From Syntrophorhabdaceae bacterium (GTDB lineage: Bacteria; Desulfobacterota; Syntrophorhabdia; Syntrophorhabdales; Syntrophorhabdaceae): a stretch of DNA of 64,000 nucleotides. Numbering within the stretch: the first letter of the stretch is position 1; every line of letters begins with the position of its first letter. Below are positions 61,334 to 64,000 of this stretch, piece after piece. The notes beneath the pieces were generated by a model, which had not been told where the DNA came from, made no database searches, and was given only the letters and a program-made list of their open reading frames with translations. The stretch covers positions 4,032,001 through 4,096,000 of the forward strand of contig OY762209.1 in the NCBI GenBank assembly GCA_963665295.1. Direction: 5' to 3'. Both the position numbers and the translations under genes were made by a program.

Positions 61334-62671
61334 TTAATGATCCGTTTTGACCGGTCTTCCGATGCACTCGTAATGGAAGCCGAATCCAGCCATGGTGGCG
61401 GGATTGTACTGGTTTCTCCCGTCAAAGATGACCGGGGACTTCATCAGGGTCTTCATTCTCTCATAGTCGGGCTCCCTGAAAGAAAGCCATTCCGTCACAA
61501 GGATCAGGCCGTCTGCGTCCTGGAGCACTTCATACTGGCTCTTCCCGAACTTTATGCTCCCGTTGCCTTCGAAAATGGCCTGCGCCACTTCCATGGCTTT
61601 CGGGTCATAGAGATTACAGAATGCACCTCTCTTCGTGAGCTCGTTCACTATATATACCGCAGGGGCTTCGCGCATATCGTCCGTATTCGGCTTGAAGGCG
61701 AGTCCCCAGATTGCAAAAGTCTTACCCTTTAAATCGTCTCCGTAGTAAGCGAGCACCTTTTCGGTGAAGGCCACCCTCTGGAACGCATTCACCTTCATTA
61801 CCTGCTCCAATATGGAAGCCTCGCATCCATGGTCCTGGCAGGTCCTTATCAACGCTCTCACGTCCTTCGGAAAGCAGGAACCGCCGAAGCCGACACCCGG
61901 AAAGAGAAACTTGGGCCCGATCCTTGAATCGCTCCCGATCCCTCTCATTACCATCATCACATCAGCCCCGACCTTCTCGCACATATTTGCAATCTCGTTC
62001 ATGAAGGAAATTCTCGTGGCAAGCATGGAATTCGCCGTGTACTTGGTCATCTCGCTCGATCTTACGTTCATGGCAAGAAAAGGCGCGCCGGTCCTCGTGA
62101 AGGGGGAATACAGTTCCTTCAGTATCTCCCCTACCCTGCTGTGCTCCACACCGACTACCACCCTCTCGGGCTTCATGCAGTCATCCACCGCCACCCCTTC
62201 CTTGAGAAACTCGGGGTTCGACGCCACGTCAAAGGCGATATCTTCCCTTCTTCCTTTCAATTCCTCTTCAACCGCGCCTTTGACCTTCTCGCAGGTGCCC
62301 ACGGGGACAGTGGATTTGACCACTATAATACGGTACTTTTCCACCACCTTCCCGATACTGTGGGCCACGCTCATTACGTACTGAAGGTCCGCGGAACCAT
62401 CCTCGTCCTGGGGTGTATTGACGGAAATAAAAATGATGAGCCCGTGATCCACGGTCTCTTTTATGTCAGTGGTAAACCGAAGCCTTCCCTCTTCCATGTT
62501 CCGTTTGACAAGTTCCTCGAGGTGGGGTTCGTAGATGGGGATAATGCCCTTGTTCAGGTTTTCTATCTTCTTTTCATCGATGTCCATACAGACTACATCG
62601 TTACCCGTCTCGGCAAAACATGCCCCCGTCACAAGACCAACATACCCAACTCCAATCACCGATATATGCAT
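61334..62671 (-). CDS. ugd: UDP-glucose 6-dehydrogenase
   Basis: GVGYVG, KSTVPVGT, NPEFLKEG, GFGGSCFPKD, FKPNTDDMR. Confidence 0.95.
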   Translation of the reverse strand: MHISVIGVGYVGLVTGACFAETGNDVVCMDIDEKKIENLNKGIIPIYEPHLEELVKRNMEEGRLRFTTDIKETVDHGLIIFISVNTPQDEDGSADLQYVMSVAHSIGKVVEKYRIIVVKSTVPVGTCEKVKGAVEEELKGRREDIAFDVASNPEFLKEGVAVDDCMKPERVVVGVEHSRVGEILKELYSPFTRTGAPFLAMNVRSSEMTKYTANSMLATRISFMNEIANMCEKVGADVMMVMRGIGSDSRIGPKFLFPGVGFGGSCFPKDVRALIRTCQDHGCEASILEQVMKVNAFQRVAFTEKVLAYYGDDLKGKTFAIWGLAFKPNTDDMREAPAVYIVNELTKRGAFCNLYDPKAMEVAQAIFEGNGSIKFGKSQYEVLQDADGLILVTEWLSFREPDYERMKTLMKSPVIFDGRNQYNPATMAGFGFHYECIGRPVKTDH

Positions 62672-62871
62672 GAGACCTCCGCTCCCTGTTTTGCTTCATT
62701 TTTACCTTCAAAACCGTTGAAAGTCAACAAGATTGTTCGCAATAATGCTTCCTGGTACCCTTCGTCCGCCCTCTTCCCCCACGGCCCCGGAAGGGTGAAA
62801 GAAGCCCGTAAATCCGCGCAACCCAATAACGTCTTGAAATAATGTCCATATTATGTTAAAAATATAGATGT

Positions 62872-62894
62872 TAGTGGGCTCGACCCGCTATTTT
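62872..62894 (+). promoter_or_regulatory. rimP-nusA leader hairpin (attenuator-like)
   Basis: TAGTGGG-CTCGA-CCCGCTA-TTTT upstream of rimP. Confidence 0.55.
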
Positions 62895-62920
62895 CGTTTA
62901 ATGGGTAAGGACAACCGTAT

Positions 62921-63391
62921 ATGACTGAAAATGAAATCAATGAAATTATAGAGAAGATGGAAAACATGCTGGCGCCCATCCTCCGCGAGGAGTCTCTCGA
63001 GTTGGTGGATCTGGAGTTCAGGCCATCGGGAAAGAGATGGCTGCTCCGCGTATTTATGGATAAGGAGGGAGGCATCACCATCTCGGATTGTGAGAAGGTA
63101 AACAGGGAGCTTAACAGGATTCTCGACGTAGATGACTTTATCGATCACCCTTATACGCTGGAAGTCTCATCTCCCGGGCTGACCAGGTCCCTGAAGAAGC
63201 GGGAGGATTTTGTCCGATATAGGGGCAGACAGTGTAAGATAGTGACCCGGGAACGGATAGATGACAAAAACGAGTTTATGGGAGAAATCCTTGATGTGGG
63301 CGATGATAAAGTGGAAATTAAGGGAAAAATAGGTGTATTTACAATCCCGATATGTGCTATAAAAAAGGCAAACTTAGAATTTGAAATATAA
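62921..63391 (+). CDS. rimP: ribosome maturation factor RimP
   Basis: LRVFMDK, DCE, YTLEVSSPG. Confidence 0.95.
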   Translation: MTENEINEIIEKMENMLAPILREESLELVDLEFRPSGKRWLLRVFMDKEGGITISDCEKVNRELNRILDVDDFIDHPYTLEVSSPGLTRSLKKREDFVRYRGRQCKIVTRERIDDKNEFMGEILDVGDDKVEIKGKIGVFTIPICAIKKANLEFEI

Positions 63392-63400
63392 GAGGTACTC

Positions 63401-64000
63401 ATGTATTTTGACTTAAATTACGTTATCGAGCAGGTAGGCAAAGAAAAGGGCATACCTAAAGAGACGCTGATCGCAGCGCTCGAGGAGGCTATACTCTCGG
63501 CTTCCAAAAAGAAATATGGCAGTCACCTTGACCTCGAGGCAAAATACAATGAGGAACTCGGTGAAATAGAGGTCTTCCAGTTCAAGAAAGTAGTGGAAGA
63601 GACAAATGAGCCTGACATAGAAATATCCCTCGATGAGGCAAGGAAGCATGATCCCGAGTGCGAGATAGGTGACAGCATAGGCGTAAAGATGGATACATCG
63701 GCCCTCGGAAGAATTGCAGCCCAGACGGCAAAGCAGGTAATCGTACAAAAGGTAAGAAACGCGGAAAGCGATGTCATATATAATGAATACAAGAGCAAGA
63801 AGGGCGAGATAGCAACAGGCGTAGTGCAAAGGGTTGAAAAGAACCATTACGTCATAAACCTCGGCAAAACCGAGGCTATACTCCCTGTAAAAGAGGTAAT
63901 TCCGGGTGAAGGTTTCCGCCAGAGGGACAGGATCAAGGCATTGATTCTCGATGTCGAGAAAACCCAGAAAGGCTGTACCATCCTCCTTTCAAGGACTCAC
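63401..64000 (+). CDS. nusA: transcription termination/antitermination factor NusA (5' part, runs off window)
   Basis: MYFDLNYVIEQVGKEKGI..., GRIAAQTAKQVI, LSRTH; follows rimP. Confidence 0.95.
   Translation, partial: MYFDLNYVIEQVGKEKGIPKETLIAALEEAILSASKKKYGSHLDLEAKYNEELGEIEVFQFKKVVEETNEPDIEISLDEARKHDPECEIGDSIGVKMDTSALGRIAAQTAKQVIVQKVRNAESDVIYNEYKSKKGEIATGVVQRVEKNHYVINLGKTEAILPVKEVIPGEGFRQRDRIKALILDVEKTQKGCTILLSRTH

Noticed and set aside
1..64000. Selenocysteine/pyrrolysine readthrough, IS elements, prophage
   Set aside because: No conserved ORF seen interrupted by in-frame TGA/TAG; no transposase, integrase or phage genes recognised

Overview
Mostly core chromosome of an anaerobic diderm bacterium. 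Gene content (ispE-spoVG-tRNA-Gln-prs-rplY-pth, pcm-rpoS, lptFG, pal, DUF224/CCG Fe-S oxidoreductase, AcsE-like methyltransferase) suggests a Deltaproteobacteria/Desulfobacterota-type, possibly syntrophic organism; this is inference. Contents: partial mutY, gpmA, a phoBR-pstS-arsC-pstCAB-phoU locus with a four-unit 11-bp-periodic Pho box, translation/RNA genes, sugar-phosphate and glycogen genes, envelope genes, two tRNAs (Gln-TTG, Phe-GAA), a 57-aa ferredoxin missed by the ORF track, and rimP-nusA at the right edge. No CRISPR array, transposase, integrase or prophage was seen. The best candidate for an undescribed system is the block at about 22.4-26.9 kb. It holds an XRE-HTH regulator fused to a catalytically degenerate class III nucleotidyl-cyclase domain, with two operator-like palindromes 21 bp apart. 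Downstream on the same strand are a membrane/Zn-finger protein, an orphan AcsE-like methyltransferase and an aldo-keto reductase. Also notable are arsC embedded in the pst operon, a DUF72 gene frameshifted at an A10 tract, and several apparently leaderless genes. All product calls come from motif recognition by eye, not database searches.
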